From a virus: a stretch of 64,000 bases of DNA. Each line of letters starts with the position of its first letter. Within the stretch, counting starts at the first letter, position 1. The position numbers were made by a program, and so were the translations under genes. Below, in pieces: positions 20,701 through 30,277 of the stretch. Location of the stretch: IMG/VR virus record IMGVR_UViG_3300025767_001103, positions 1 through 64,000 of that record, one strand, 5' to 3'. Below the pieces are notes generated by a model that did not search any database, had not been told where the DNA came from, and saw nothing but the letters and a program-made list of their open reading frames with translations.

Positions 20701-23700
20701 CAAATATTTGAACTTACAAATACTGTTCCAACAGATATTGACAAAATTTATAGAATATATCCTAGTGATGTATTTGATAAACCTGATACTTATATACATA
20801 CTTCTGCATTTCCTGAAACTGTTCCACAAGAATATCTTAAAACAGGCGGCTATGTAAATCCTGACGATGTTACGTTTACTGCATACGACAAGTATGAATT
20901 ACTTGATGCTGATGTAAATAAAATTGAATTAGGGTCATATATTTGGTTAATTGAAACAGGAAATGATGATTGGAATGTTTACCAATTAATTGATACCAAA
21001 GTAGTAGCAACAGCATTAGTAGTTGACACTGGTAGATTTAGTGATAAGGGCGAACCTATTAATGAATTAACTATAAACAAGTGGGCAAAAAATAACATCG
21101 AAGCGGGCGACTTGTTTGGAGTTATCGGAGCAGGCGCTGTTGGACTAGACGGAATTTATGAAGTTGAAAGCACGGATCTAAATAAAGTTTATTTTATAAA
21201 TGAACAAATAAGCACCACAGCGTTCTCAGACAAAGAGCTTGCTATAGTAAAACTAAGATCAGTAAGAATAAAATCACAAAGTGGTGCAGTTACACAAGAT
21301 ATAAACAATTTACTTACCGGCACACAGTATAAAGATCAACGTATATGGGTTGATGATTATGCACCGGGATGGTCGGTATTTGAAAACAATCCAGTTTATT
21401 CTCAGAGACAGGTAATAACTAATCCTAGCGATTGGGATAGTTCGGACCAAGAATTTGGCAATGTAATGGCTTCGAGTGCTGATAATAGAACACTAGTAGT
21501 TGCTGCACCAAACGATGAAAATGGCAAAATTAATATATATGTGAGAAGTAGAGAAAGTAACAACTTTGTTATTAATCAAGAAATTAGATTTACTAATGAT
21601 TCGTTATTTGATATTACAGGATCAAGATTTGGAGAAAGTGTTGACATATCTCCAGATGGAGAATATATTGTAGTTGGTGTACCAAATGCATCTAATGTAA
21701 AAACAAAACTTACTGGAGAATTTGATCCAACTGTAACATATACAAAGGGAGATATTGTTAAATTTAGAGAAAGTTTATGGCAGGCTTTGAGAACTATTAA
21801 TCCAGAAACTGGATCGAAAACATTTTCAACATTTGATAACTATCAAAATTTAATATCGACTGAAGACGTAGATTCAACAGATACTACATTGTTAGTATCA
21901 GGAGATCCAGGATTAGAAAACAATTTTGTTGATCACATATTAGTACGTGCTCCACAAGATATGTACCTAGGTACAAAGGGAAGAGACTTTACTCAAACTA
22001 GAGAAAGCGGCGAGTTTGCTGGAGATACAGTTAACTTATATTGGCAAGAACGTAGTTATGCTAACCCTACTCTAGACACATACCAACCCTTTGACAATGC
22101 CTACCCGCAAATTAATCAAGCATGGCTAAGTAGCTCACATGAAATTATATATAAAGTTGATTATATTCTACAAGTGCAAACATTTATTTCGCTTCCTGAA
22201 GTTGGAGATTTTGTAACTACTACAACAGGTAGAGCCGAAGTAGTTTATGCTGCAAGATCCGGCGATAGTGCAGTAATTTACGTTAAAGATACAAACGGTA
22301 CAATAGCAATTACTGGTGAATTGTTTATTGACGACAAAGATTTTGTTGGTTTATATACTTTAGAAAATACATATTCAACAAGTAACGCAGTAGGCGGATA
22401 TTGGTTAATTAAGACATACAATACTACACAGGCACCATTATCTACATGGACGGCAGAAGAATCTGATGCAAATGGATTTGTTTACGATAATAAGACTACA
22501 TGGTATGATGTTGGCCGCGGTCTTGTTTATGCAGATGTTAGATTAGCTGAAAGTTCACGTGATCTCAATGTGTATTATAATGTTCAAGATACTGTTGCTG
22601 ATATTGGTACATATGTATTAAACAAAAATAATACAAGTTTTATAACACAACTTTCGTATAGAGGTGATCCCGGAGATATCGAAGCATTCCAGCCATCTAA
22701 CAAATGGCTTGCACGAGTTGGTAAAGAATTTTCAGATACATTAATCGGAAATGAAACATTTAATTTCCGAGTATATGATACTACAAGATTTGTTGATTAT
22801 AGTAATGCTTTCCTTGCAAGTGAATTAATTAATAAGTCTCAAACTATTATTGATATGTGGGATGGTTATATTGATTTTAAATTTACTCGATTTGATGCAT
22901 CAGGAAATGTATTTGAACCTGCAATAGGAGATGTATTAGTAGATGTGCAAACACCTAGTGACGGCTCAGGCGGCCTTGCAGCCAGTAGTTTGGATGCTAC
23001 TAGTGCAGCAGAAGTTGTGTTTTATCAGCGTAATTTTAACAGTGTTAGAGTTTACGTAAAGTTATTAACTTCTTATAATGGTGTTACATATAGCGGAAAA
23101 TTTGAAGAAGCTAATAACATTGGTAGATATGAAATCAAACGTCTTGCTAACGAAAGCGAAAGAGGCACAGGTGATGTTGATAGAATTATTGGACAGGTTG
23201 ACGATTCTGATAATCAAATAGCAGTAGGTACTTCAAAAGTAGGAAAATTATTAGTATTTGAAAACTCAGTTGATTTTCAAAACACTAACTTAACTTGGGA
23301 CAACACTCCTGCGTTAATTGATGAAGAGTATTATTTCTTTAACGAAACTATCGAAAGTGGAATAAAAAAGGAATCAAATCCTCCATATAGTTTAAATAAA
23401 GATTATCGACAGTTATATAATCTTCCAACAGATCCAACTGGCACAGCTAGTGGTAATTTAGACGAAGGCGCTATAGTAATATATAGAAGACAGACCGACA
23501 ACACTTATGTATTACAAAAAACTCTTGCAAGTATTAATAGTACAGCTGATAGAAAGTTTGGATCTAAGATAAGAATAGTGCAATCTAACAAATACTTTAC
23601 TTTATTAGTTGGTACTAGAGGTGTTGATGCAGCAAGTGAAACAATTAATACAGGGCGCAGAGAACATCCAGGCGAAATTGAAATTTTCCGTAACGGAGTT

Positions 23701-26700
23701 ATTGATGCAGAAAATGTTAGTGGCTTCCAACTAAGGGCATATACTACTGACGAAGTTGTTATTTACAAAGACGAATACTACAAAGCTATACGACCAGTAG
23801 TGTCAGGAGTATTCCCAACTGATCCAGTTTACTGGAATAATATAAGTTGGAGATATGGTAAAGATATTAATTATCTCGGAACCTGGGACAATACATATAG
23901 TTACGCAGAAGATAACATTGTATTAAAAGATGGATTGTTGTATAAAGCAAAAACTAATATTGCTGAAGATGCAGAATTTACTGTTACTGATTGGACCTTA
24001 CTTGATTCTAAAGTAGATTATTTAGGTTATATTCCAAACCTTACAGTCCAAAAATTATATGATGAAGCAGTATTTGATCCTGGTAATATTGCAGACTTTA
24101 GTCAAACATTTGATATAAGTGCTGACGGACAAGTTATAATTGTAAAAGCAAATCTTATATCCACAGATAGTACTACACAAAAACGAATAGTAGTTTATAG
24201 AGAAGCAGATGACAAATATCAAGTATCGCAGATAATTGAATCGCCGAACGATACTACTTCGTGGGGAGAAAATATAAGCCTAACACCAAAAGGCGATAAA
24301 TTTGCTATCAGTGCATCACTTAATGACCAGAATGGTATTGATAGTGGCATAGTTTATGTTTATAAACAAGTAAACGGTATATTTGTATTAGATCAAACTA
24401 TAACTTCACCACAGAATGAAATTGCAGAACAATTTGGTTATGCATTAGACTTTGGCGACAATAATCTAGTAATTTCAAGTTTAAATGGCGATCAAAAAAT
24501 TCCAACAACTTTTGACAGCCAAGAAACAACGTTTGATAATAATTTTACTGAATTTAGAAATATCAAACTCGACAAAGGTGTTGTATATGTTTACGAAAAT
24601 AGAGAAGCTGGCGCACTTTATAGCGAGCAAATAATTTATCCTTCAGTTCAAGCAACATTTGGTGAAAATTTGTATACTTTTGGCAATCACATTTATGTTG
24701 GTATACCGCAACAATCATCCGGAGTATGGGATTCAGATGGCGGATCTAACAATGTTGGAGCATTAGACGGATACAGAGGTCAAGTAGTTGACTTTAGAAA
24801 AAATGTTGATACAGCTGGGTGGAAAGAAATTGATGCACAAGTATTGCCAGTTGATGTTGATAAGATTTCTGGAGTAACACTTTATAACAGTAGAACAAAT
24901 GAATTTATTACACGTTTAGACTATATTGATCCATTGCAAGGAAAAATTGCTGGTGCAGCAGAACAAGAAATTGACTATAAAGCAGGTTTTGATCCAGCAG
25001 TTTATAATACTGGATTAGTAAATGACTTCCTTGTAGATCCTGATAGATATTGGGGTAAAGAACATGTAGGCGAAATATGGTGGGCCACTGATTCTGCTAG
25101 ATTTACATATCCTTATAGAGGTTCAACTAATGATCAAAAACGTGATTGGAATAAACTAATCCGTGGATCGAGTATTGATATTTTTGAATGGGTAGAAAGT
25201 GATTACATTCCTCAAGTATGGGATGATCTTGCCGATACAGATAACGGGTTACGTCTAGGAATAAGCGGCCAAAGTGTTTATGGTAATACACGTTATTCAA
25301 CACAGTTAACATATGACAACATTGGACAAACGTTCCGTGCAAAATATTATTTCTGGGTTTTAGGCAAGCGCACCAAACCAACTGATTACAAACCTAAAAG
25401 AAAACTTAATACTATTGACATTGCTAATCTAATTGAAGATCCTAGATTACAAGGTTATAAATTTGTTAGTTTTATTAGTAAGAATAAATTTATTCTAAAT
25501 AATTGTAACGACTTAATCCAAGGCGATGATGTTGTAATACAAATTAGATATAAACAAGATCTTGAAAATAATATTAATAGACACAATGAATATCAAATAG
25601 TAAGCGAAGGTTTAGAAACTAGTACAATACACCCTGATATTGAACGCAAGTGGTATGATAGTTTAATTGGGTTTGATACTAATCTTAGACCTGTTCCTGA
25701 CACAGCTATTCCATCAAATAAAAGGTATGGAGTTCAAAACAGACCAAGACAGGGAATGTTTAAAAATCGCTTTGAAGCACTAAAACAGACTATTGAGCGT
25801 GTGAATATTAGATTAGCAAGTGAGTTGTTAATTGATAGCTACGATTTATCAGATTTGCTATCAAAAGAAGCTCCGCCTACAAGTGTATCTAGTCAGTACG
25901 ATGTTGCAATAGCATCGTACGACGAATTGCGTTTTGTAAGTACAAATAAAATAGTGCAAGCTGATATTGATTTAATTATTAGTAATGGTAGAATTATTAG
26001 TGCTAATATTATTAATCCGGGCAGGGGATATAAAGTTGCACCATCATATCAGCTTGAGGGAGAAGGAAGCGGCGCAATAATTAACTTTACTATTAATAAT
26101 TTAGGACAAATTACTAGTGTTAATATTGATAATGCCGGTTCAGGATATTTAGACTCAACAAGATTAATTATAAGACCGTTTAGTGTTTTAGTTAATGCAG
26201 ACTCTAATGTTTTTGGCAAATGGGCAGTATATAGCTGGAACGGAACTAAATGGTTTATTAGTAGCATTCAAGATTATGATGTAACAAATTATTGGGAATA
26301 CCAAGACTGGTATGCAGATGAATTTAACCAATTTACTACTATCAATTACACAATAAAGGGAACATATTTACTTCCTTCACTTGATGCAAATGTAGGTGAT
26401 ATTATTAAGGTCGATTCTACTGGTTCCGGAGGCTGGATATTACTTCAACGTACATCTACAATTGTAGGCGATGATTACACTCAAAGTCATAAAGTAGTTG
26501 GCAGACAAAACGGTACAATACAGTTTAAAGAAAGTTTATATAACTACAGCACAAATGCAGTAGGGTTTGATAATAGATCTTTTGATAGTTATTTTTATGA
26601 TAATAATCCAGTTAGAGAACTAAGAATCATATTACAAACTCTTAGAGATAAGCTACTGATAGGTACGCTAAAATCAGAATATAATAATTTATTCTTTGTT

Positions 26701-29700
26701 GGCGTAAGATATGCAATGGCCGAACAGCCTGGCATTGACTGGATCTTTAAAACTAGTTTTGTTAAGGCAAAATATAATGTAAGCGAATTAAGAAATGACG
26801 TAACATTTAACAGTGATAATTTACAAAGTTTTGAAGATTACTTAAAAGAAGTAAAACCGTATAAAACTAAGATCAGAGAATATATTAATGTTTATAATAA
26901 AGTTGAACCTACAAATACAAGTGTAACTGATTTCGATTTACCGCCGTATTACAGCATAAGTGATGGTGGTATTATTCCTAATCAGGCAGTGTTTAGTTCA
27001 GGCACTATTATTAATAGTACTAACGAATTTGAAACATATCCTAAAAAACATTATATTGACAATGTTGGATACGAATTAACTGAAATTAAAATTAAAGACG
27101 GCGGCAGCGGCTATACGTTTGAACCTAAGATTACTATTGTAGGAAATGCAACTAGACCTGCAACAGCTAAAGCCTACCTTGGTTATGGTAAAATTACTTC
27201 AATAAAAATTACCGATCCTGGAAAAGGTTATCTTACAACGCCTGCGGTTGTTATTGAAGGGTCTCAAAATGAAAATGCTACTCCTGCAAAGCTAAGTGCT
27301 ATATTAGGAAATAGTCCAATTCGAACTGCACACATGCGTGTTAAGTTTGATAGAATAAACAAGTCAGTGTTTATTGAAGAACTACTAGAAACGCAGACAT
27401 TTAGTGGCACCGGTGCAAAATCAGTATTTAATTTAGAATGGCCAATGGATTTAGACCGTAAAAAAGTTAAAATTACGATAGACGGTGTTGAAATGCTCCG
27501 TAGTACATATACCTATAAGAATATTGAAAATAATGATAAAACTTACTCGCGCCAGCAAGGACAAATTACATTTGTAGAATCTCCTAAACTAAATGCAGTA
27601 ATTTCTGTGGAGTATTATAAGCCAATAGATATGTTAATGGCAACTGACAGAATTCATCATTTTTATGAACCAGTAACTGGAATGTTAGGTAAAGATTTTG
27701 CACAGCTAATGAAAGGCATTGACTATGGCGGAGTTGAAGTTAAATCAATTGATTTCTCAGGTCCATCAGGATGGGATACTGTTGGCTGGTACACCGATAC
27801 ATGGGATACATTTGATACTACATATGAAGACGAAGTATTCACAGCAGATGGAAGTACAATCTTTGTTGAGCTAAGTAAGCCTTTAGAAAATAACGTTACA
27901 TATAATGTTTATTTAGGAACATCAGGTAGTGTTAATTTAACAAGAATTGATGATGTTAATTATGGTACAGATCAACAAGTTAATCAAGATGCTATTATAA
28001 GCAGTATTATTGGCGATGGTGTAACTACTGTTATTGATTTAGATGATTTGGGCATTGCATTTGGAGACGGTGATACACTAATTATAAGAAAAACTACTAG
28101 TGATGGTAGTATTGTTCCAGATCCTACTAGTTATGATACACAATTAAGTGGCGGCGATTTACCATATACAACTGCTAAAGGGGTAAATGCCGAAGATATT
28201 ATAGTTGACGGCGACGGATTTGTAAATCCAATTACACATGCAGGTCCAGAAGAACTAATTCCTGGATTAGTTACTGATGCACTTGACATTAAAGTCTATA
28301 CAAGAGACTCGTCAGGCAATGGAGTAATATACAGCCAAAGTTATACAACAGATGGGATAGCCACTAAGTTCTCATTAGGTACAACACCTTCGACTAAAGA
28401 TGCAGTTTTAGTTAAAGTAGATGACATATTAGTCGAAGATACTACATACAATATTAATTGGAACACAAACGAATTAACATTCAATGTAGCACCTGCAGCC
28501 AATCAAGAACTAAACATTATTAGTCAATCTATTGGCACACAAAGTTTATTAGATTACGGAAAATATACTACAGACGGATCTACAACTGAAGTTATAACAA
28601 CTGTTGATTGGATTAATGGTGCTAGTGTAAGTGCTAGTGTTGACGGCGAAGTATTAGATACGGTAGTATTTAATAGTAACGAAGAAGGATACGACTTACC
28701 AAATGCAAAAGTTGGTATTAGATTCCCTGAAACATTGTTAGAAGGCAGAGTAGTACATTATGCAGTATTCAGTGATGATACAGTTGTAAATTATAGTAGA
28801 ATTATTACTAATAATTTTACTGGCAACGGCATCCAAACAGCATTTGTATTAGAGGATGTACCATTTACAGCAATTCCGTTAGAACATAAAATTATGGTAA
28901 AGGTTGGAAATAAGATTCTTAACCCTGGATATAATATTAAATTTACTATTCCAGAAAATAATCAAAGAACGTATAAGTTCGAAACGTTCCAGCAGTCAAT
29001 TGGTAGCTTAGATGTTGAAGAATTAAAAGTATACTTAAACGGTGTTGAAATCCAATCACCTGTTGAATGGCGTTATGATGTTGCTAATGCAACAATCTTA
29101 TTAACTGATGATACTGGTGCTCCGGGAGACACTGTTGAAATATTTGCTATTGCAGATGGTGAATATGCGTTTGGATATTTAAACAGCGAAGGTGTATGGA
29201 TAGATACTCCGGGAACATTGTATTTTGATACTGCACCTGCACTAAATGAAAAAATAGAAATATTACAATTTAGTAATCATGACATTCTTGGTATTGAACG
29301 AATTAATTATGATGTAGTTAATAGAAGTTCAACAGATGTACCAAGTGAACTTAAAACATATAGATTGTTAAAATCTGGAACTATTACATTACGTAATCCA
29401 GCAGTTGATGCGCAGTATGTTTGGGTAAGTAAGAATGGAGAATTGTTAACACCGAGTGTAGATTATTATGTAACAGATGATAGACAGCAAATTAAACTAA
29501 CTGTTCGTCCTAGTGATAATGATGTAATAGATGTGTTACATTTTACAGCGCCAGTTGGTATTCCTAAATTTGCATACAGACAATTTAAAGATATGCTTAA
29601 TAGAACACACTTCAAGCGTCTTGATAAAGCAGAAGTTAGATTACGCCAAGCACTTAACTATTATGATTTGCGTATTGAAGTTGATAATGGAGCACTTCTT

Positions 29701-30258
29701 GCAGAACCTAACAAAGGCCAAAATATGCCTGGTATAGTATTCATCAACGGTGAACGTATAGAGTATTTTGTTAAAGAAGAAAATACACTGCGTCAGTTAC
29801 GTCGAGGAACACTTGGAACCGGAGTTAAAGATATACATGAAATAGGGTCAAAAGTTTATGATCAAAATATAAGCAAAACTGTTCCGTATCAAGATATTAC
29901 AGTAAGTAAGTCGTTTGTTGCAGACGGCGTTGCTGTTGACTTCGAACCCGGCTTTACAATAGACAATATTAATGAAGTTGAAGTGTTCGTTGCTGGTACA
30001 AGAATGCGCAAAGCAGCAATTCAAGTATTTGATCCTACTCTAGCACTTGACAGTACCGACGGAGATGTAACTTCTGATGCAGAATTTACAGTTGATAATA
30101 ATATAGTAACATTAGCAACTGCACCTGCTGATAATGTACAAGTAATGATAGTAAAGAAAACAGGAGCACTTTGGAGCAACCTTGGAACCCAGTTAGCACA
30201 GACAGAAAATTCAATTGCAAGATTCTTACGTGCAGGCACAAGTGAGTTACCAGAATAA
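14701..30258 (+). CDS. Giant (5185 aa) baseplate wedge / adsorption protein (gp7-like position) with CBM-like, FG-GAP-like propeller and beta-sandwich repeats
   Basis: Uninterrupted 15.5-kb ORF coupled to gp6 by TAATG; N-terminal FLPKFFRT and IDWDKFVNFREYYW; repeated WxxxxxYxxGxxVxxxxxxY, FGxxxxISxDG, IxxxGxGY and (G/T)DGxxxxF motifs. Confidence 0.75.
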   Translation: MANNDQNETNQGNSKVTSSDFLPKFFRTTANQKFLQATLDQLIQPGEAEKIEGYFGRKTAKAYTTNDNYISDVSDDRENYQLEPALISKDEFNNVTFYKDYNDYINQLKVFGADTRDHSILNSQEFYSWNPNIDWDKFVNFREYYWLPNGPQTVNVRGQARSVTSTYTVTLEDQGDNKAYVFNDGLTRNPTLKLYRGQTYRFEVDVPGHPVAFAISRTFTPGTAILVAGSEGIRSNGIYDGTLYDEVDANYDLGDFVVLPSGGSVSFDEDENVSTIYSDGIRKLGEEGEEVATVYLEKGVIEFTIPDNAPDRLYYISKNNIDTSGYVRIADIEENTFLDIAAEIIGKKNYTSANGVELSNGMKIRFQGDVTPAIYNTNDWYVEGVGDKIKLIKDVDLIIPAVYSDKVLVPFGTDAFDTLPFSDATSYAANKDYLVINRSSPDKNAWSRYNKWFHRTVIRASATYNNTELSLDEASRAKRPIIEFEAGLKLNKYGSFAKQDVDLIDTVTVDAFSNIQGQIGYRVDGTNLAENMRVLFTADTDILVNGKIYLVKFITIGNKRQINLVEAEDTNPNVLETVLVTQGVKNAGKSYYYDGTSWKLGQEKTKLNQPPLFEVFDIDKNSFSDSTAYSATTFAGTKLFSYREGAGTIDAELGFPLSYRNINNSGDIVFDFNLLTDKFSYELGTDYYNKSINPGFIKKYKNLTEFEWTNGLTNKPKKSIQKVLRQYDVTEDELQTFEIDVYSEAGTLTDIVVNVFVNNKLTKDYVLDRTNKKLLVVFNNELKENDIVLIKTKTSQAKKNVNGYYEFPINFERNPKNEDFSEFTLGEVIDHVDTMIEDLQDFSGEYPGKSNLRDLGDVDNYGKRFVKHSGSINLSAYHITNKKYNLVKSLDYSRREYARFKRNFLDAAVNLGVETETKQHVDLILQDLNKDKLKTEPFYFSDALGYQSANIIEYEILDVRTKSYALSQEFNLSELSTRSVNVYINGTQLIHGVDYNFNNVGFVDIFADFIKEGDNLTVYEYSTTDGTFIPPTPSKLGLYPAYAPEITYDDTFRPAPENVPVDGTAYKIYAQSEEGFNAEGKIGWFYPLYTTIAAAKAADIDAGGTGAAHQHMFKGSNIILYMPTVGANHATIDTTIYDEYPIGQAMVRGHDGSYVRCYQDFRDNLLVELEKRLFNNIKVTYNSDIFNVHKFIGGEYRNSDYTREEVNSSLLRTFADWLSIIDNDYTDNYFYLRQDEFTFNYNSMKSTNGNTLPGFWRGIYQNAFDTDRPHTHPWEMLGFTVKPSWWNEVYGPAPYTGDNLLLWEDLEQGKIAEPGNIRYNNNYVRPGLTNHIPVDSLGFLKSPLRSNFLDNFELRSTSNNFSFGDWAPVENAWRRSAEYPFAVLTSMVLNKPAETIGIGFDISRIQKNFANQYIYNPTSKVLQIEELLLPNTVQSSQRVMTAGLVNYVSNLISSNVLKVYEDYKTELKSLSNQLGLKIAGFTDKDKVNVILDSRSIVEDQSQDGVFVPAENYDVFLNTSSPTDLITYSGIVVEKLANGFVVRGYSKNNPYFDYYEPSASAKSPVITVGGVSEVTTEWQSNTPYLKGQVIDNAGKYFRVNTSFTTGTTFTRENLSQLSSLPVVGGKSAEFKKNFNKQQILRVPYGHRFSTSQEVVSFMLGYNERLKDLGFNFNNTQDGSQIDDWNDAAKEFLFWTTQGWASGTVLSLSPSANRLQFDKPYHVVDDLSDPFYGYSILDENANPLDLKFNSMLRDQNSFGIEVVNTDHGLYHVALPVVQKEHVLLFDNKTVFNDIIYQPSTGYRQERLKINAYRTDNWQGGFNVPGFIFDDAKYTAWKEYQDYQIGDMVKHRQYYYVATQNIVGSSNFNSNVWFRLSEEPEKKLLTNFDYRINQFMDFYDLDSAGFDKSQQELAQHLIGYQKRQYLANIINDDVSQFKFYNGFIQDKGTMNAVTKLFDSLSDNEEDKIQLYEEWAVQLGRYGSTENEKQLEYKLTDKKLEEAPQIFELTNTVPTDIDKIYRIYPSDVFDKPDTYIHTSAFPETVPQEYLKTGGYVNPDDVTFTAYDKYELLDADVNKIELGSYIWLIETGNDDWNVYQLIDTKVVATALVVDTGRFSDKGEPINELTINKWAKNNIEAGDLFGVIGAGAVGLDGIYEVESTDLNKVYFINEQISTTAFSDKELAIVKLRSVRIKSQSGAVTQDINNLLTGTQYKDQRIWVDDYAPGWSVFENNPVYSQRQVITNPSDWDSSDQEFGNVMASSADNRTLVVAAPNDENGKINIYVRSRESNNFVINQEIRFTNDSLFDITGSRFGESVDISPDGEYIVVGVPNASNVKTKLTGEFDPTVTYTKGDIVKFRESLWQALRTINPETGSKTFSTFDNYQNLISTEDVDSTDTTLLVSGDPGLENNFVDHILVRAPQDMYLGTKGRDFTQTRESGEFAGDTVNLYWQERSYANPTLDTYQPFDNAYPQINQAWLSSSHEIIYKVDYILQVQTFISLPEVGDFVTTTTGRAEVVYAARSGDSAVIYVKDTNGTIAITGELFIDDKDFVGLYTLENTYSTSNAVGGYWLIKTYNTTQAPLSTWTAEESDANGFVYDNKTTWYDVGRGLVYADVRLAESSRDLNVYYNVQDTVADIGTYVLNKNNTSFITQLSYRGDPGDIEAFQPSNKWLARVGKEFSDTLIGNETFNFRVYDTTRFVDYSNAFLASELINKSQTIIDMWDGYIDFKFTRFDASGNVFEPAIGDVLVDVQTPSDGSGGLAASSLDATSAAEVVFYQRNFNSVRVYVKLLTSYNGVTYSGKFEEANNIGRYEIKRLANESERGTGDVDRIIGQVDDSDNQIAVGTSKVGKLLVFENSVDFQNTNLTWDNTPALIDEEYYFFNETIESGIKKESNPPYSLNKDYRQLYNLPTDPTGTASGNLDEGAIVIYRRQTDNTYVLQKTLASINSTADRKFGSKIRIVQSNKYFTLLVGTRGVDAASETINTGRREHPGEIEIFRNGVIDAENVSGFQLRAYTTDEVVIYKDEYYKAIRPVVSGVFPTDPVYWNNISWRYGKDINYLGTWDNTYSYAEDNIVLKDGLLYKAKTNIAEDAEFTVTDWTLLDSKVDYLGYIPNLTVQKLYDEAVFDPGNIADFSQTFDISADGQVIIVKANLISTDSTTQKRIVVYREADDKYQVSQIIESPNDTTSWGENISLTPKGDKFAISASLNDQNGIDSGIVYVYKQVNGIFVLDQTITSPQNEIAEQFGYALDFGDNNLVISSLNGDQKIPTTFDSQETTFDNNFTEFRNIKLDKGVVYVYENREAGALYSEQIIYPSVQATFGENLYTFGNHIYVGIPQQSSGVWDSDGGSNNVGALDGYRGQVVDFRKNVDTAGWKEIDAQVLPVDVDKISGVTLYNSRTNEFITRLDYIDPLQGKIAGAAEQEIDYKAGFDPAVYNTGLVNDFLVDPDRYWGKEHVGEIWWATDSARFTYPYRGSTNDQKRDWNKLIRGSSIDIFEWVESDYIPQVWDDLADTDNGLRLGISGQSVYGNTRYSTQLTYDNIGQTFRAKYYFWVLGKRTKPTDYKPKRKLNTIDIANLIEDPRLQGYKFVSFISKNKFILNNCNDLIQGDDVVIQIRYKQDLENNINRHNEYQIVSEGLETSTIHPDIERKWYDSLIGFDTNLRPVPDTAIPSNKRYGVQNRPRQGMFKNRFEALKQTIERVNIRLASELLIDSYDLSDLLSKEAPPTSVSSQYDVAIASYDELRFVSTNKIVQADIDLIISNGRIISANIINPGRGYKVAPSYQLEGEGSGAIINFTINNLGQITSVNIDNAGSGYLDSTRLIIRPFSVLVNADSNVFGKWAVYSWNGTKWFISSIQDYDVTNYWEYQDWYADEFNQFTTINYTIKGTYLLPSLDANVGDIIKVDSTGSGGWILLQRTSTIVGDDYTQSHKVVGRQNGTIQFKESLYNYSTNAVGFDNRSFDSYFYDNNPVRELRIILQTLRDKLLIGTLKSEYNNLFFVGVRYAMAEQPGIDWIFKTSFVKAKYNVSELRNDVTFNSDNLQSFEDYLKEVKPYKTKIREYINVYNKVEPTNTSVTDFDLPPYYSISDGGIIPNQAVFSSGTIINSTNEFETYPKKHYIDNVGYELTEIKIKDGGSGYTFEPKITIVGNATRPATAKAYLGYGKITSIKITDPGKGYLTTPAVVIEGSQNENATPAKLSAILGNSPIRTAHMRVKFDRINKSVFIEELLETQTFSGTGAKSVFNLEWPMDLDRKKVKITIDGVEMLRSTYTYKNIENNDKTYSRQQGQITFVESPKLNAVISVEYYKPIDMLMATDRIHHFYEPVTGMLGKDFAQLMKGIDYGGVEVKSIDFSGPSGWDTVGWYTDTWDTFDTTYEDEVFTADGSTIFVELSKPLENNVTYNVYLGTSGSVNLTRIDDVNYGTDQQVNQDAIISSIIGDGVTTVIDLDDLGIAFGDGDTLIIRKTTSDGSIVPDPTSYDTQLSGGDLPYTTAKGVNAEDIIVDGDGFVNPITHAGPEELIPGLVTDALDIKVYTRDSSGNGVIYSQSYTTDGIATKFSLGTTPSTKDAVLVKVDDILVEDTTYNINWNTNELTFNVAPAANQELNIISQSIGTQSLLDYGKYTTDGSTTEVITTVDWINGASVSASVDGEVLDTVVFNSNEEGYDLPNAKVGIRFPETLLEGRVVHYAVFSDDTVVNYSRIITNNFTGNGIQTAFVLEDVPFTAIPLEHKIMVKVGNKILNPGYNIKFTIPENNQRTYKFETFQQSIGSLDVEELKVYLNGVEIQSPVEWRYDVANATILLTDDTGAPGDTVEIFAIADGEYAFGYLNSEGVWIDTPGTLYFDTAPALNEKIEILQFSNHDILGIERINYDVVNRSSTDVPSELKTYRLLKSGTITLRNPAVDAQYVWVSKNGELLTPSVDYYVTDDRQQIKLTVRPSDNDVIDVLHFTAPVGIPKFAYRQFKDMLNRTHFKRLDKAEVRLRQALNYYDLRIEVDNGALLAEPNKGQNMPGIVFINGERIEYFVKEENTLRQLRRGTLGTGVKDIHEIGSKVYDQNISKTVPYQDITVSKSFVADGVAVDFEPGFTIDNINEVEVFVAGTRMRKAAIQVFDPTLALDSTDGDVTSDAEFTVDNNIVTLATAPADNVQVMIVKKTGALWSNLGTQLAQTENSIARFLRAGTSELPE

Positions 30259-30267
30259 ATACAGTAT
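30256..30267 (+). promoter_or_regulatory. Putative late promoter TAAATACAGTAT overlapping the giant-gene stop codon
   Basis: Same 12-mer as 10689-10700; followed by an AGGA SD and ATG at 30278. Confidence 0.6.
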
Positions 30268-30277
30268 AGGAAAAGTG

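Noticed and set aside
14701-30258. Intein, intron or stop-codon recoding as the cause of the giant ORF
   Set aside because: No intein splice or LAGLIDADG motifs were recognised, the frame is open in the standard code, and repeated structural modules explain the length.
30215-30277. Longer start for the ORF after the giant gene
   Set aside because: It overlaps the giant gene; the late box and SD support ATG 30278.
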